From positions 3,008-67,007 of the forward strand of contig NZ_JBEQAP010000031.1 in NCBI RefSeq assembly GCF_041640265.1: DNA of 64,000 bases. Reading direction: 5' to 3'. The position numbers and the translations under genes are program-made. The notes under the pieces were generated by a model. The model saw nothing but the letters and a program-made list of their open reading frames with translations, made no database searches and had not been told where the DNA came from. Of this stretch, positions 1 to 11,705 are shown one piece after another. The DNA comes from Cohnella sp. GTDB taxonomy: Bacteria > Bacillota > Bacilli > Paenibacillales > Paenibacillaceae. How positions within the stretch are numbered: position 1 is the stretch's first letter; every line of letters begins with the position of its first letter.

Positions 1-524
1 GACCCTTCTTCTCCTGATGAATTCGAAGGCTTGACGAGGTATCGACGAAACGGAACATACATAAGGAGTGCGATAAAAAGCTGGAGCAGTGCGGTCGGAG
101 CAAGCTGCCAATAAAAAACATAGCCATACTCCAGCTCCGTTAAGCGAAATAACTTGTAAATGAAAAAAACGGTTGAATCCAACATTACACTGCCGATTAA
201 AACCATCCAAATGAAATAGCCTACCGTCATATAAAGCCGTTTTTCTGTAACCAGTCCGGCTAAATAACCTACTAGTCCCATACCAAAACCATAAGGTCCG
301 ATCAAATGGCCATAAAACAACATATCCTGAAGCAAGCCGAAGCTAAGACCGAACAGGAATGCACGATGACGACCTGCAAAGCCGGCAACCAACAAAGTCA
401 TAATAAAAGACAAATGGGGAAGCAGTCTGCCACTCCATGGAGTTGGCACTAACCAAGGAATAATGGAGCTTTCGATAATAACAAGTATTAAAGCGGCCAG
501 GATCACACGATTAGCTCTCATCAT
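1..524 (-). CDS. mreD: Rod shape-determining protein MreD (3' end runs off window)
   Basis: ATG at 524-522 overlaps the mreC stop; hydrophobic start MMRANRVILAALILVIIES; no complete ORF in the track, consistent with the stop lying beyond position 1; follows mreBC. Confidence 0.85.
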   Translation of the reverse strand, partial: MMRANRVILAALILVIIESSIIPWLVPTPWSGRLLPHLSFIMTLLVAGFAGRHRAFLFGLSFGLLQDMLFYGHLIGPYGFGMGLVGYLAGLVTEKRLYMTVGYFIWMVLIGSVMLDSTVFFIYKLFRLTELEYGYVFYWQLAPTALLQLFIALLMYVPFRRYLVKPSNSSGEEG

Positions 525-1369
525 TAAGGCCCATCCATATCAGGCACCACTATGACAAACACTTCTCTAAGGTGATCTAATTTTGCTGCAGGAGTTATAA
601 TTGCAGTATGCGTCATGAAATCCCCGACCTGTCTATCCTTCACAGTTCCGATAATAATTCCTTGCGGAAAAATACTCCCTATACCCGACGTCATGACAAT
701 ATCACCCTCGGCAAGCTTGTCATTCTCATCAATCTTATTCATTTGAAGTGTTTGGGTTACTTCGTCGTATTCAATGATCCCGAATGATTCAGTTTTTCCG
801 ACTACGGTTGCGGAGACAGGTGTTCCCTTAGCGGTATCTACATCCAACTCGGTAATTAAAGTAACCGTAGAGGTGAAGGTCGAGACATGACTGACTAAAC
901 CAACCAGGCCATCAACCGTTCTAACCGCCATTTGCTCTTTAAGTCCATCATTAGACCCCAGATTGATCTTGATTGTCTTCTCATAGGGATTGGAAGTACT
1001 CCCTACTACTTGTGCAATAAGATAACGATAGTCGTCTAATTGCTTCTGTCGTTCCGTAAAATCTAGTTCTTCCTGAAGACGCTTATTATCTGCTTCTAGT
1101 CGATTAAACCGGATTTGATCCTGCGTATATTGGGCAACGGTTTGCCGAAGCTGTTCATTTTCCTTATATACGTCGGAAAGCCGGCCGAGGTCACGGAAAA
1201 AATCCGCGACTGCTCCGACCGGCCGATACAAAGCTCCTTGCGCAGTCCCAAAAGCATCGTTAATGAACTTCTCAGGCCAAGTCAGGCGAGTTCGGCCTAA
1301 GGTGAATCCCATTAGGGCTATGAAAACGATAAGCCCTATCATGAGAATGAACAGCCGTTTGTTGCGCAT
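524..1369 (-). CDS. mreC: Rod shape-determining protein MreC
   Basis: N-terminal TM helix, coiled coil, GLVG and TSGIGSIFPQGI motifs; downstream of mreB. Confidence 0.95.
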   Translation of the reverse strand: MRNKRLFILMIGLIVFIALMGFTLGRTRLTWPEKFINDAFGTAQGALYRPVGAVADFFRDLGRLSDVYKENEQLRQTVAQYTQDQIRFNRLEADNKRLQEELDFTERQKQLDDYRYLIAQVVGSTSNPYEKTIKINLGSNDGLKEQMAVRTVDGLVGLVSHVSTFTSTVTLITELDVDTAKGTPVSATVVGKTESFGIIEYDEVTQTLQMNKIDENDKLAEGDIVMTSGIGSIFPQGIIIGTVKDRQVGDFMTHTAIITPAAKLDHLREVFVIVVPDMDGP

Positions 1370-1425
1370 TATTCTAAAAATATTTACTCACCTGCTTTCC
1401 CATCCCATAACCCAAGCTTCCTTAA

Positions 1426-2457
1426 TTAGCGACTGGACCTAGAGCCCGATCCTCTTGACTTGAATAAATGAATATTATCCAATGCTCTTCCTGTGCCGAT
1501 CGCTACACAATCTAGTGGATTCTCTGCAACGATGACAGGCATTCCTGTTTCGCGTGCCAGCATCTTATCCAAATTACGAAGTAAAGCTCCTCCGCCTGTA
1601 AGTACAATCCCTCGATCCATGATATCCGCAGACAGCTCAGGCGGACATTTCTCCAATGTTACTTTGACAGCATCGATAATCGCATTGACGGTATCAGACA
1701 ACGCTTCAGTCACTTCATCCGAAGTAATAGCTAAAGTCTTAGGTAAGCCGCTAACAAGATCTCGCCCGCGAATTTCGATGGATTCTACTTTGTCCAGCGG
1801 CATTGCCGAGCCAATCTCCATTTTCAGCTGCTCTGAGGTCCTCTCACCAATCATTAGATTGTACAGCCGTTTGATATAGGCCATAACGGCATCGTCCATT
1901 TCATCGCCTGCTATGCGGATTGAACGGCTCGTAACGATCCCACCGAGCGAGATGACTGCCACCTCCGTTGTACCCCCGCCAATATCGACAACCATACTTC
2001 CGGTCGGCTCCCACACAGGGAGATCCGCTCCGATCGCAGCAGCGAAAGGCTCTTCAATAATATACGCTTCCCTTGCACCGGCTTGCTTTGCCGCGTCTTC
2101 GACCGCACGCTTCTCAACAGCAGTTATTCCGGAAGGTACACAGATCATCACGTTAGGGTGGCGCGGAAACAAAGCACGCGGCTTCTGCGCCTGGCGAATG
2201 AAGTATTTAATCATCGTCGATGTCGTCTCGAAATCCGCGATAACACCGTCCTTCATAGGACGAATAGCTACAATGTTACCGGGTGTACGACCGATCATTT
2301 TTTTGGCGTCAGAGCCGACTGCTTCGATTTTTTTCGTATCGGTACGCAGGGCGACCACCGAAGGCTCCCTGACAACGATTCCTCTGCCTTTAACGTAAAC
2401 AAGCGTGTTTGCGGTTCCGAGATCAATACCCAGATCGCGTGTAAATCCTCCTAGCAT
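1426..2457 (-). CDS. mreB: Actin-like rod shape protein MreB
   Basis: [16 protein letters not shown] and LTGGGALL motifs; start moved to ATG 2457 after RBS AGGAGG. Confidence 0.97.
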   Translation of the reverse strand: MLGGFTRDLGIDLGTANTLVYVKGRGIVVREPSVVALRTDTKKIEAVGSDAKKMIGRTPGNIVAIRPMKDGVIADFETTSTMIKYFIRQAQKPRALFPRHPNVMICVPSGITAVEKRAVEDAAKQAGAREAYIIEEPFAAAIGADLPVWEPTGSMVVDIGGGTTEVAVISLGGIVTSRSIRIAGDEMDDAVMAYIKRLYNLMIGERTSEQLKMEIGSAMPLDKVESIEIRGRDLVSGLPKTLAITSDEVTEALSDTVNAIIDAVKVTLEKCPPELSADIMDRGIVLTGGGALLRNLDKMLARETGMPVIVAENPLDCVAIGTGRALDNIHLFKSRGSGSRSSR

Positions 2458-2541
2458 GTTGTTTCCTCCTGCTCTCACCGCGACTGCTAAGTTGTTACCG
2501 TCTGAGGTACATCAGTCGTCGGGACAATCCTTATTATTATA

Positions 2542-3237
2542 TTACAAGCAGCCCATTTCCTTCAAACTAATAAAGCGGTTGTCACCAATTACCAGATGAT
2601 CTAGCAATTCGATTCCAATCAGTTCACCAGCCTGCCCTAATCGCTTGGTTAATTGAATATCTTCCGCGCTTGGGGTTGGGTCCCCGCTAGGGTGGTTGTG
2701 GGCACATAGAATGGAAGCGCTGCTTCGGCGAATGGCCGCGCGGAACACTTCCCTAGGATGGACAATAGAAGCATTCAGGCTGCCGATTGATAAGGTTTGA
2801 CGGCCTATGACCTGATTTTTGGTATTTAGAAACAAACAGACAAAATGCTCTTCCCGTAAATGTCGCAGCTCCTCCATGAGAATATCTGCTCCATCTTGAG
2901 GACAAGTTATTTTGACCATTTCCGGTAAACGGGAACGTGAGACACGCCGTCCAAGCTCAATGGAAGCCTGAAGCTGCAGCGCTTTAGCAGGGCCAATACC
3001 ACGGATATGTATGAGCTCTTCCCAATTTCGCTCCGCCAATCTGCTAAGCCCTCCGCATTCGTTCAGAATACGCTGGGCTAGGTGAATGGAGGATTCATTC
3101 TGAGTACCCGTACGCAGCAGAATAGCGAGCAGCTCTGCATGACTTAACGCTTCTGCTCCGTGCTGTTGCATACGCTCCCGCGGTCGTTCCTCGGAGGGAA
3201 GCTCGCGCAATCGAAAGGATCTTTGCTCCAAAGCCAT
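2542..3237 (-). CDS. radC: RadC family JAB-domain protein
   Basis: ERPRER, HhH GIGPAKA, HPREVF and HNHPSGDPTPS motifs. Confidence 0.95.
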   Translation of the reverse strand: MALEQRSFRLRELPSEERPRERMQQHGAEALSHAELLAILLRTGTQNESSIHLAQRILNECGGLSRLAERNWEELIHIRGIGPAKALQLQASIELGRRVSRSRLPEMVKITCPQDGADILMEELRHLREEHFVCLFLNTKNQVIGRQTLSIGSLNASIVHPREVFRAAIRRSSASILCAHNHPSGDPTPSAEDIQLTKRLGQAGELIGIELLDHLVIGDNRFISLKEMGCL

Positions 3238-3281
3238 TACCTGCCTTCAATAGCCGCGTCGGCCGCGGGATTGGCTTAAAT

Positions 3282-3893
3282 TTAAGGTAACATAATATCG
3301 AACTGCTCCAACTGAACCGCAAGAAGGGAGACCGGCAATCCGACCACATTGAAATAACAACCCTCAATTGATTCAACGAATAAGGAGCCAATCTCTTGAA
3401 TTCCGTAGCTGCCAGCCTTATCCATCGGTTCACCAGTAGCGACATAACGTGAGATTTGATTCGGCGTTAACTTCCTCATTCGAACCTTAGTAACACGGTG
3501 TGTAGTGACGGTTTTAGCATCGGAGACTCTTATGCAAGAAATCCCTGTATATACCTCATGGACCTCTCCTGAAAGCTCCTGCAGCATCTGCTCCGCTTCT
3601 TGCACATCTCTAGGTTTACCCATCACTTTATCATTCAACACAACGATGGTATCGCTGCCAACGACAATCGAGGATAAATCTAAGGAATCGGTAAGCTCAT
3701 TTTTGACCGCAAGTGCTTTACGCTCAGCGAGGCCCTCAACGATTTGTGAAGGTGTCCAATACGCTGGTGTGTCTTCTTCAACCCGACTTGGATGGATTTG
3801 GACGGGAAGCCCCAGTATAGCAATAAGCTCCTGTCTGCGAGGGGAAGCGGAGGCGAGGACGAGCTTGGGACTGTTAGGTAAGGCAGAGTGCAT
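3282..3893 (-). CDS. maf: Maf family nucleoside triphosphate pyrophosphatase
   Basis: LASASPRR, GSDTIV and DKAGSYGIQ motifs. Confidence 0.95.
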   Translation of the reverse strand: MHSALPNSPKLVLASASPRRQELIAILGLPVQIHPSRVEEDTPAYWTPSQIVEGLAERKALAVKNELTDSLDLSSIVVGSDTIVVLNDKVMGKPRDVQEAEQMLQELSGEVHEVYTGISCIRVSDAKTVTTHRVTKVRMRKLTPNQISRYVATGEPMDKAGSYGIQEIGSLFVESIEGCYFNVVGLPVSLLAVQLEQFDIMLP

Positions 3894-3914
3894 GAAGTAA
3901 AACTTCCTTTCGAA

Positions 3915-4157
3915 TTACATTTTACGATACAGCCATATCGCCACAATTGCACCAATCACGCTGAGCAAGCTAAAGTTTACATTCAAATTCAGACTATAGC
4001 TTATAACCGACAAATCCGCGGCAGGCGACCAATTGAGCTTGATCGCACGTGTTAAAAAGGTGAGCCCCGGAATCTCCCGCAGCCAAATGGCTACCAAGGC
4101 ACCAGCAAGCAACCCCAGAAAGATAAATAAGAAGAGAACCCATCCGTTTTTCTTCAT
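3915..4157 (-). CDS. Small membrane protein, DUF4321-like
   Basis: 80 aa with two TM segments (MKKNGWVLFLFIFLGLLAG...AIWLYRKM); RBS GAGG; position upstream of maf. Confidence 0.75.
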   Translation of the reverse strand: MKKNGWVLFLFIFLGLLAGALVAIWLREIPGLTFLTRAIKLNWSPAADLSVISYSLNLNVNFSLLSVIGAIVAIWLYRKM

Positions 4158-4301
4158 AATTCCTCGTCTCCCACCATTTTTTGACACCCGTCTACCTATT
4201 ATACGTTTCCAAGACAAGTCACACAATGTATAAAACAAAGACAGCCCCTTGGAAGCAGGCTGCCTCATTCAAAAGTCCTAATATCTTTTTATCTATTTGT
4301 A

Positions 4302-5531
4302 TTATCCATTATTTGCTGACTGTATAATCGAGCGCAGGTTACGATCAGCGAGCATTGCTTTCATGGTTTGCGATTGAATGCTCCATAGGTGAAAGCGTGA
4401 GGGATTACGGTTATATTCCGTTAGCGAGAGAACTGCCGAATTTAAGGCTTGCACAATCCTCTCCCCCTCTCCAAGAGTATCATTGCTAAACGTATCCACC
4501 CCTGCTGTCTTACTCAGCCACGTGCGATGAGCTTCCTGCAGCGCGGAAAGATCAGCCTTGTTCATCACTTGCGGCAAGCTCTCTAGTAAGTAGCTGCCGG
4601 AATATTGAGTCAGCTTTCGGATCAGCTCCGCGCTAGCGGTCATAAATTCTATCTCGCCTGCGGGCATTGATCCGGAACGAATGATCAAGGGATCTCCATC
4701 CAATGGTCTAATGTATAATTCAATATCGGACATTTGGGCTGCCAGCAGCTCCGCTTCATTACGAGTTACGGCTGCTCCTATATAAACTCGGTAACCATCC
4801 TGCGCCTCCACTGTTGAATCAAGACCGATCTCCTGCAAATGCTCCACTGCCGCTTTCATACTTTCTTCACTCTGGAAAACGCCGTATTGAAGCATATAAT
4901 AAACATCTGCCGGAATTTGCGTAAGTTCGCTCTGTACTCCTGGCTGCACAGACGTTTCGTTGTCTTCGAATATCTTCAATGGCTCTGTCGAAGAAGCCGC
5001 AGATTGTTCTGGCGGGGCTTGTACATTTACTTGCGCACTCCCATCCGATTTCCCTGGAAACAAGGGTTCTCCAGTAAATAAGCTTAAAACCAAGTAACCG
5101 AATAGAGCTCCCGTTGCTACCGCTGCGGTAACGGATAAGAAAACCCGTCCCCAGGCAGGAGTATCGTGAAGGGGCTGCGATTGATTTAACCAGCTTGTTT
5201 GCGACTCGCCTTCCAGCTCTATCGAAGGTCCGCTCCAGTTCGCCTCAAGCTCATCGTGAGGAATAATCTTTATAGCAGGATAAGGTGCATAAATAGACTC
5301 CTCTACTTTCTTAGCATCAGAACTTCTTATGACTTCCTCCAGAGCATGGATGTCATCTTGATATGGACTATCCCAAGAGGAGAAGCTTTGACCGATGACG
5401 GCCTCTTCCTTCTCAAGATTATCCTCTGTCAATGGCTGTTGCCCTGCCTTAAGAGGTTGTCTTATGGGCTTTTTTGATTGGGCAGGCTTCGGCGGTTCGA
5501 AACGGAAGGTCATTCTTGCTTTATGCTGCAT
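4302..5531 (-). CDS. Membrane-anchored SPOR-domain protein (positional analogue of SpoIIB)
   Basis: Single TM helix then SPOR-like YYMLQYGVF...YRVYIG; start after RBS AAGGAG; B. subtilis has spoIIB between folC and maf. Confidence 0.7.
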   Translation of the reverse strand: MQHKARMTFRFEPPKPAQSKKPIRQPLKAGQQPLTEDNLEKEEAVIGQSFSSWDSPYQDDIHALEEVIRSSDAKKVEESIYAPYPAIKIIPHDELEANWSGPSIELEGESQTSWLNQSQPLHDTPAWGRVFLSVTAAVATGALFGYLVLSLFTGEPLFPGKSDGSAQVNVQAPPEQSAASSTEPLKIFEDNETSVQPGVQSELTQIPADVYYMLQYGVFQSEESMKAAVEHLQEIGLDSTVEAQDGYRVYIGAAVTRNEAELLAAQMSDIELYIRPLDGDPLIIRSGSMPAGEIEFMTASAELIRKLTQYSGSYLLESLPQVMNKADLSALQEAHRTWLSKTAGVDTFSNDTLGEGERIVQALNSAVLSLTEYNRNPSRFHLWSIQSQTMKAMLADRNLRSIIQSANNG

Positions 5532-5697
5532 ACTGCGTCTCTCCTTGTCCCTCAATCTAGTAATTAGATTATGAGAGTCGAGAGAGAAATATGATGAGAA
5601 TAAAGAAAACGACTTCTCCGTCCTTAATACGACTAAAAGCAGCCTTCAGGTTTCCCTATCAGCTGCTTCTTGTTGTTAAAATAATGGTGATAAATGT

Positions 5698-7083
5698 TCA
5701 CGCTCGATCACGCAGTATTCGTGCCAGCTCTTCAGCCGCTTTCCAGATATCCCCTGCACCCATTGTGAGCACAAGATCTCCAGGAGCGATACGCTCTGCT
5801 AATATATCCCGAACCTCTTCCTTAGTAGGAACGTAGGTTACGTTCGAGTTGCTGTTCTGAGAAATAAGCTCTACGAGCTTACGCGAATTGACGCCTTCAA
5901 TTCTTTGCTCGCCAGCTGGAGAGTATATGTCGGTGATAATGACTTCATCGGCATCCTCGAAAGCGCGACTAAATGCATCGAGTAAAAAGAAGGTTCTCGT
6001 ATAACGCTGTGGTTGGAAAACGGCGATTATTCTTTTTCCCGTTGCTTTCGCCGCTTGTATCGTCGCCTGAATTTCCGTGGGGTGATGGGCATAATCGTCA
6101 ATGACCAGCATGTCCTTCACTTCGCCAAGCACTTGGAAACGGCGCTTAGCTCCGCGGAATTCTTGAATCGACTTTGCAATCGCTTCGAACGAGGCTCCTG
6201 CCTCTAAGCAAACGATAATCGTCGCGAGAGCGTTGTATACATTATGTCTTCCGGGCACTGATAGCGTAACGACACCTAGCGCCTGTTCACGGTGACGTAC
6301 TGTAAATGTTGCGCAGCGGTCCCCAAGCTTAATGTCCGCAGCCGTATAATCTGCATCCTTAGTCTCTACTCCGTAGGTAATGACTCGAGAATCCTTTACC
6401 TTGGGGAGTATCTCCTGGATATTCTCGTCATCCGCACAAACTACCGCACATCCATCTGCTTTAATATTTTGAAGGAACGAGACATAAGCTTCCTTAAGCT
6501 TATTGAAGTCTCCCTCGTAGTTTTCCAGGTGATCCGCTTCGATGTTCGTAACGACACCGATAGCAGATTCATACTGAAGGAACGAGCCGTCGCTTTCGTC
6601 AGCTTCCGCTACGACGAATGGACTTTTGCCCGCTTTGGCATTCGTGCCGACATTAACGATTTCCCCGCCAATAATATAGGTAGGATCCAATCCGCTGAGC
6701 TCCATGACGAGAGCAATCATGGAGGAGGTAGTCGTTTTTCCATGTGCGCCGGCAACTGCTATTCCCGTACGGGCATTCAGAAGCCGGGCTAACATCTGTG
6801 CGCGGTGCAATATGGGTATGTTTAATTGTTCAGCTTTTTGACGTTCTACGTTATCTTTAGCTAGCGCCGTAGAATAAACAACAAGATCAGCACCCCGAAC
6901 GTGTTCGGGCTCATGACCAATAAAGATTTGTGCTCCATTGGCGGCCAGTTTGTCAGTTAATTCCTGGCGCACCACATCGGAACCGGATACTTGATAACCC
7001 ATCTCCAGCATTACCCTGGCGATGGCACTCATGCCATATCCTCCGATACCGATAAAATGTACATGTTCAGCGGTCCGCAACAA
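5698..7083 (-). CDS. murC: UDP-N-acetylmuramate--L-alanine ligase
   Basis: HFIGIGGYGMS, GAHGKTTT, EADESD and DDYAHHP motifs; TTG start at 7083. Confidence 0.95.
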   Translation of the reverse strand: MLRTAEHVHFIGIGGYGMSAIARVMLEMGYQVSGSDVVRQELTDKLAANGAQIFIGHEPEHVRGADLVVYSTALAKDNVERQKAEQLNIPILHRAQMLARLLNARTGIAVAGAHGKTTTSSMIALVMELSGLDPTYIIGGEIVNVGTNAKAGKSPFVVAEADESDGSFLQYESAIGVVTNIEADHLENYEGDFNKLKEAYVSFLQNIKADGCAVVCADDENIQEILPKVKDSRVITYGVETKDADYTAADIKLGDRCATFTVRHREQALGVVTLSVPGRHNVYNALATIIVCLEAGASFEAIAKSIQEFRGAKRRFQVLGEVKDMLVIDDYAHHPTEIQATIQAAKATGKRIIAVFQPQRYTRTFFLLDAFSRAFEDADEVIITDIYSPAGEQRIEGVNSRKLVELISQNSNSNVTYVPTKEEVRDILAERIAPGDLVLTMGAGDIWKAAEELARILRDRA

Positions 7084-7087
7084 CGCT

Positions 7088-8473
7088 TCACCACCCTTTT
7101 TCAGATTTCGTTCCATGGAGCAACCACGACCTTACATCGGCAATCAGATAAAGAGTGCCTGTAATCACACTTAAAGTGTTCACGTGCTCGGAGGCGTGTG
7201 TTGACGCTTCCCGAAGAAGCTCCAAGGCACGTCTCCAATCCGGCTCCACGACAACGTTCCGCGGCCGTCCGAGCTCCTCACCCAGTCGATTAGCGACGGC
7301 GGCCAGGTCGGCGGCGTTCATTTTCTTATGAAAGTCAGGCTCCGTGATCACAAGCGTATCCACCATTGGTAGTATATGCCGCAAGGAATGTTCATGATTC
7401 TTATTCGGCATCATCGCCATCATCACATTTAACTTATCGAACTTATAAATATCGCGAAGCGCATTCGCTAAGGCTTCCATACCCTCCGGGTTGTGGGCGC
7501 CGTCCAGCAATATCCTTGGTTCCCGCGATACCATCTCCAGCCTGCCCGGCCAAGTGGTGTTACGCATGCCTATTGCTAAGTCCTCGTCTTCCACAATTAA
7601 AGCATAATACTGCCGAAGGACTTCAATAGTCATTATAGCAACTGCGGCATTCATAATCTGATGAGCACCATTCAAAGTTACCGTTAACGATTGTAAAACA
7701 CGGAACGGTCCTTGAAAAGAAAACTTTTGCTCATCTTCGGCCATATTTATCGGTTTATACGTATAATGATCGCCCAGAAGGTACAGCGCAGCATTTTTGG
7801 CTAATGCCGTTTCCTTCATGATCGCCACCGCATCCGGTTGGCTAACCGCTGTAATAACGGGCACTCCCGGTTTAATAATGCCTGCTTTTTCTTTTGTAAT
7901 ATCGGAAATCGTAGGGCCTAGTACATCCATATGGTCGTGGCCAACATTAGTGATGATGCTGACAACCGGAGTAACGATATTAGTGACGTCAAGACGACCT
8001 CCAAGTCCTGTTTCCCACACGACGTAATCCGGATACGCTACGGTCCCGTAATAGAGCAAGGCAAGAGCAGTCGTTACCTCGAACATCGTCGGGCTGCCCC
8101 ATTCACTTCTCGCCATTTCTTCTGCTGCAGGCTTTAATAGATTGACGAGCCGAACAAGCACCTCATCATCTATATCTTGCCCATTATACTGGAGTCTATT
8201 GGAATAGGAGGTGAGGTAAGGAGAAGTAAATGTCCCTACATCATACCCGCTCTGTCTCAATACGCTTGTTAAATAGGCGCAAACTGAGCCTTTTCCGTTC
8301 GTTCCGGCCACATGAATAAATTTTAATCTTCTCTGCGGATGACCGAAGCGTTCCATTAAACGGTTGATCCGTTCTAAACCCGGGCGAATACCGAAGGAGG
8401 TCAGCCCAGTAATCCAAGCCATCGCTTCCGCAGCCCCATGGAAAGAAAGCTCTTGGGAGGAATCCTTATTCAT
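7088..8473 (-). CDS. folC: Folylpolyglutamate synthase/dihydrofolate synthase
   Basis: HVAGTNGKGS, ETGLGGRLD, WPGR and DGAHN motifs; follows valS. Confidence 0.95.
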   Translation of the reverse strand: MNKDSSQELSFHGAAEAMAWITGLTSFGIRPGLERINRLMERFGHPQRRLKFIHVAGTNGKGSVCAYLTSVLRQSGYDVGTFTSPYLTSYSNRLQYNGQDIDDEVLVRLVNLLKPAAEEMARSEWGSPTMFEVTTALALLYYGTVAYPDYVVWETGLGGRLDVTNIVTPVVSIITNVGHDHMDVLGPTISDITKEKAGIIKPGVPVITAVSQPDAVAIMKETALAKNAALYLLGDHYTYKPINMAEDEQKFSFQGPFRVLQSLTVTLNGAHQIMNAAVAIMTIEVLRQYYALIVEDEDLAIGMRNTTWPGRLEMVSREPRILLDGAHNPEGMEALANALRDIYKFDKLNVMMAMMPNKNHEHSLRHILPMVDTLVITEPDFHKKMNAADLAAVANRLGEELGRPRNVVVEPDWRRALELLREASTHASEHVNTLSVITGTLYLIADVRSWLLHGTKSEKGW

Positions 8474-8492
8474 GGTGTTATTCTTCCTCCCA

Positions 8493-11159
8493 TCATCCCT
8501 GCAGCTCGGCAATCCGCGCTAATACTTTATCCCGCTTCTCTCGGTAATCCTCACCTTTAAGCTTTTCCTGCTCGACAACGTGGGCCGGAGCCTTAGCGAT
8601 GTATCCTTCATTGGAGAGCTTCTTCTCCACGCGTTCTACTTCCGTATTCAACGTATCAACTTCCTTGGTCAGACGAGCAATTTCCTGACTAATGTCAATC
8701 AAGCCCGCAAGCGGAAAATAAAGCTCAGCTCCCGTGATAATGGCTGTCATCGCTTTGTCCGGAGGCGTTAAAGCTCGATCCAGCGTGTAGGATGACGTAT
8801 TGCAAAAGCGCTGCACATATATTTCATTTCGGCTGAAAATACCTTCTTCCGCTTCCCCGGTCGGCTTCAGGAGCAATTCAATTTTCTTGCCGGGCGATAC
8901 GTTCACTTCTGCACGGACGTTACGTACAGCGCGGATGGCTTCCATCAAAAGCTCCATTTCTTTAAGCGAGCCTGCGGCTTCGAAATCAGCGCGATATTCT
9001 GGCCAAGCAGCCAAAGTAATCGTCTCGCCAGGCTCATGAGGCAAATGCTGCCAAATTTCTTCCGAAAGAAACGGCATGAATGGATGCAGAAGACGTAAGG
9101 TACGGTCCAAGACGTAAGCTAGTACTGATTGCGTGCTCTTCTTAGCCGCCGCGTCTTCACCGTACAGCGTAAGCTTAGCAAACTCAATATACCAGTCACA
9201 CAGGTCATCCCATATGAAGTTATACAGCAATCGGCCGGTTTCCCCGAACTCGTAACTCTCCATAAGGCGAGTAATGTCTCGAGCGCTCTCATTCAACCGA
9301 TGTAAAATCCAGCGGTCGGCTGTTGACAGCTTCCCGCTGAGGTCGATATCCGCAAAAGTAAAGCCTTCTAGATTCATTAGAGCAAATCTCGAAGCGTTCC
9401 AGATCTTGTTAGCGAAATTACGCGCTTGCTCGACCTTCTCGAAGCGGAAACGCAAGTCCTGCCCCGGGGTACTGCTAGTTGAAATCATATATCGCATGGC
9501 GTCTGCGCCATATTGTTCGATAACATCGAGCGGATTAACCCCGTTGCCAAGCGACTTAGACATCTTTCGACCTTCCGCATCGCGAACAAGTCCATGGATA
9601 AGAACGTCCTTAAATGGAATTTGCTCAGTGAATTCAATGGCTGTGAATATCATACGTGCAACCCAGAAATAAATAATGTCATATCCGGTTACAAGTACTC
9701 CTGTCGGATAATAATCCTTTAGATCCTGGCTATCATCGGGCCATCCTAATGTAGAAAATGGCCACAGCGCAGAGCTGAACCAAGTATCAAGCACATCATT
9801 GTCTTGCTTCCAAGGAGAGTCAGGTTGATCCGCTCCTTCAGGCGCTTCAAGACCCACATAAATTTCGCCAGTCGTATCGTGGTACCACGCTGGAATCCGA
9901 TGTCCCCACCAAAGCTGACGGGAAATACACCAATCGCGAACGTTCTCGATCCAGTGCAGATAGATTTTCTCGAAGCGATCAGGAACGAACTTTACACCTT
10001 GGCCCGACTTCTGCGAATCAATCGCCTTCTCGGCTAACGGCTTCATCCCAACGAACCACTGTGTAGACAAGTATGGCTCAACGATTGCGCCAGAGCGTTC
10101 GCTATGCCCTACTTGATGTACATGATCCTCAATCTGAATGCAGACTCCTTGCTCTTGCAAGTCTTTGACGATTGCTTTGCGGCAATCCGTACGATCCATC
10201 CCTTGATAAGGGCCGGCATTCTCATTCATTTTGCCGCCTTCATCCATGACCGTGATCTGCGCCAGCTCGTGACGAGAACCTACTTCGAAATCGTTCGGAT
10301 CATGCGCGGGCGTAATTTTTACCGCGCCGCTTCCGAATTCCTTATCTACGTATTCGTCCGCGATAATCGGAATTTCCCGATTTACGATAGGGAGAAGCAG
10401 CATTTTTCCGATCAGGTGTTTATATCGATCGTCCTTAGGATGAACCGCAACAGCCGTATCGCCAAGCATGGTTTCCGGTCGGGTTGTAGCTACGGTTAAA
10501 TGACCGCTGCCATCCGATAATGGATAACGAAGATGGTACAGATGTCCGTTCACTTCTTTATATTCAACTTCAATATCGGAAAGTGCCGTGCGAGCTGCGG
10601 GATCCCAGTTAATAATTCTTTTGCCGCGATAGATCAAGCCTTTGTCATAAAGACGTACGAATACTTCCCGGACCGCGCGCGAAAGGCCATCATCTAGGGT
10701 AAAACGTTCACGGGAATAGTCAAGGCTGAGGCCCATCTTGGACCATTGCTGCCGAATTGTTCCCGCATAATGCTCCTTCCATTCCCATACTTTCTCCAGA
10801 AACGCCTCGCGACCGAGATCATACCGGCTTAAGCCTTCCTCGCGAAGCTTCTGCTCCACTTTCGTTTGGGTGGCAATTCCAGCATGATCCGTTCCCGGCA
10901 GCCATAAGGCATCAAAGCCTTGCATGCGCTTGAACCGAATTAAAATATCCTGCAAAGTAAAATCAAGCGCATGGCCGATATGAAGCATTCCAGTCACATT
11001 AGGCGGTGGAATGACAATTGTATATTTAGGCGCGTCGGGAAGACGTCCCGCTTGAAAATAACCGCCTTTTATCCATGCATCATACCATTTGTTTTCGGCG
11101 CTTTTGGGATCATAGGTTGTCGGCATTTCGACATTGAGCTTCCCTTTGGTTTCGGACAT
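8493..11159 (-). CDS. valS: Valine--tRNA ligase
   Basis: PPPNVTG, HIGH and KMSKS motifs; C-terminal coiled coil. Confidence 0.98.
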   Translation of the reverse strand: MSETKGKLNVEMPTTYDPKSAENKWYDAWIKGGYFQAGRLPDAPKYTIVIPPPNVTGMLHIGHALDFTLQDILIRFKRMQGFDALWLPGTDHAGIATQTKVEQKLREEGLSRYDLGREAFLEKVWEWKEHYAGTIRQQWSKMGLSLDYSRERFTLDDGLSRAVREVFVRLYDKGLIYRGKRIINWDPAARTALSDIEVEYKEVNGHLYHLRYPLSDGSGHLTVATTRPETMLGDTAVAVHPKDDRYKHLIGKMLLLPIVNREIPIIADEYVDKEFGSGAVKITPAHDPNDFEVGSRHELAQITVMDEGGKMNENAGPYQGMDRTDCRKAIVKDLQEQGVCIQIEDHVHQVGHSERSGAIVEPYLSTQWFVGMKPLAEKAIDSQKSGQGVKFVPDRFEKIYLHWIENVRDWCISRQLWWGHRIPAWYHDTTGEIYVGLEAPEGADQPDSPWKQDNDVLDTWFSSALWPFSTLGWPDDSQDLKDYYPTGVLVTGYDIIYFWVARMIFTAIEFTEQIPFKDVLIHGLVRDAEGRKMSKSLGNGVNPLDVIEQYGADAMRYMISTSSTPGQDLRFRFEKVEQARNFANKIWNASRFALMNLEGFTFADIDLSGKLSTADRWILHRLNESARDITRLMESYEFGETGRLLYNFIWDDLCDWYIEFAKLTLYGEDAAAKKSTQSVLAYVLDRTLRLLHPFMPFLSEEIWQHLPHEPGETITLAAWPEYRADFEAAGSLKEMELLMEAIRAVRNVRAEVNVSPGKKIELLLKPTGEAEEGIFSRNEIYVQRFCNTSSYTLDRALTPPDKAMTAIITGAELYFPLAGLIDISQEIARLTKEVDTLNTEVERVEKKLSNEGYIAKAPAHVVEQEKLKGEDYREKRDKVLARIAELQG

Positions 11160-11200
11160 AAGTTACACGACCTCCATATGACACAAATTCAACAACATGC

Positions 11201-11480
11201 AAAAAAAACACAAAAACCTCCCGTCGCAAAGGACGAAAGGTAAACTTCCGTGGTACCACCTTCGTTCCGCCGGGCATCATTTCACCAAAGCGGCACTCGT
11301 TGCAAGATAACGGCTGCTGCCGTCCTGTTCTACCAGCTCGCCCCGAATGGACGTTAGCTTCAAACAGGAAACTCCAGGGCGACTTGTAGCAGCTTGTTTC
11401 CTGCGGGACCTCTCAGCGCTACTCGGGTAGCGGCTCCGCTCTCTGAAGGCTTGATCTGCTTACTCTTCCCTATCCGTGTC
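11201..11480 (-). ncRNA. T-box riboswitch leader of valS
   Basis: On - strand: AG box CAGAGA, GCTGAGA loop, likely specifier GTC (11381-11383), T-box AAGGTGGTACCACGG (11248-11262), then terminator and U-tract. Confidence 0.93.
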
Positions 11481-11490
11481 TTTCTCTCCT

Positions 11491-11519
11491 ATTCTACTCG
11501 CCGTCACATTTAGAGTCAA
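11491..11519 (-). promoter_or_regulatory. SigA promoter for valS
   Basis: TTGACT-N17-TAGAAT. Confidence 0.8.
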
Positions 11520-11600
11520 TACAGACGAAAACTCCTGCTGTAAACAACGACAATCAAGTAAAACGGCTTTGCCGTCCTTAGACGGCGGAACATGTTTGTA

Positions 11601-11656
11601 TCATACTATCAGATGAGTATTAGAAGTAGAAAGGTTATACTCATCTGATAGTATGA
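11601..11656. repeat. Perfect 20-bp inverted repeat with 16-nt spacer
   Basis: TCATACTATCAGATGAGTAT (11601-11620) / ATACTCATCTGATAGTATGA (11637-11656). Confidence 0.9.
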
Positions 11657-11699
11657 AAAAAGGCTGCTTCTCGTCGATAAAATCCGAGAAGCAGCCTTT
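11656..11699 (-). terminator. Intrinsic terminator after the SpoVID-like gene
   Basis: AAAGGCTGCTTCTCG...CGAGAAGCAGCCTTT stem with an A-run on the left. Confidence 0.8.
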
Positions 11700-11705
11700 A
11701 AGCTG

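Noticed and set aside
2542-3237. radC as a mobile-element or defence marker
   Set aside because: Full-length core copy in the canonical maf-radC-mreBCD context
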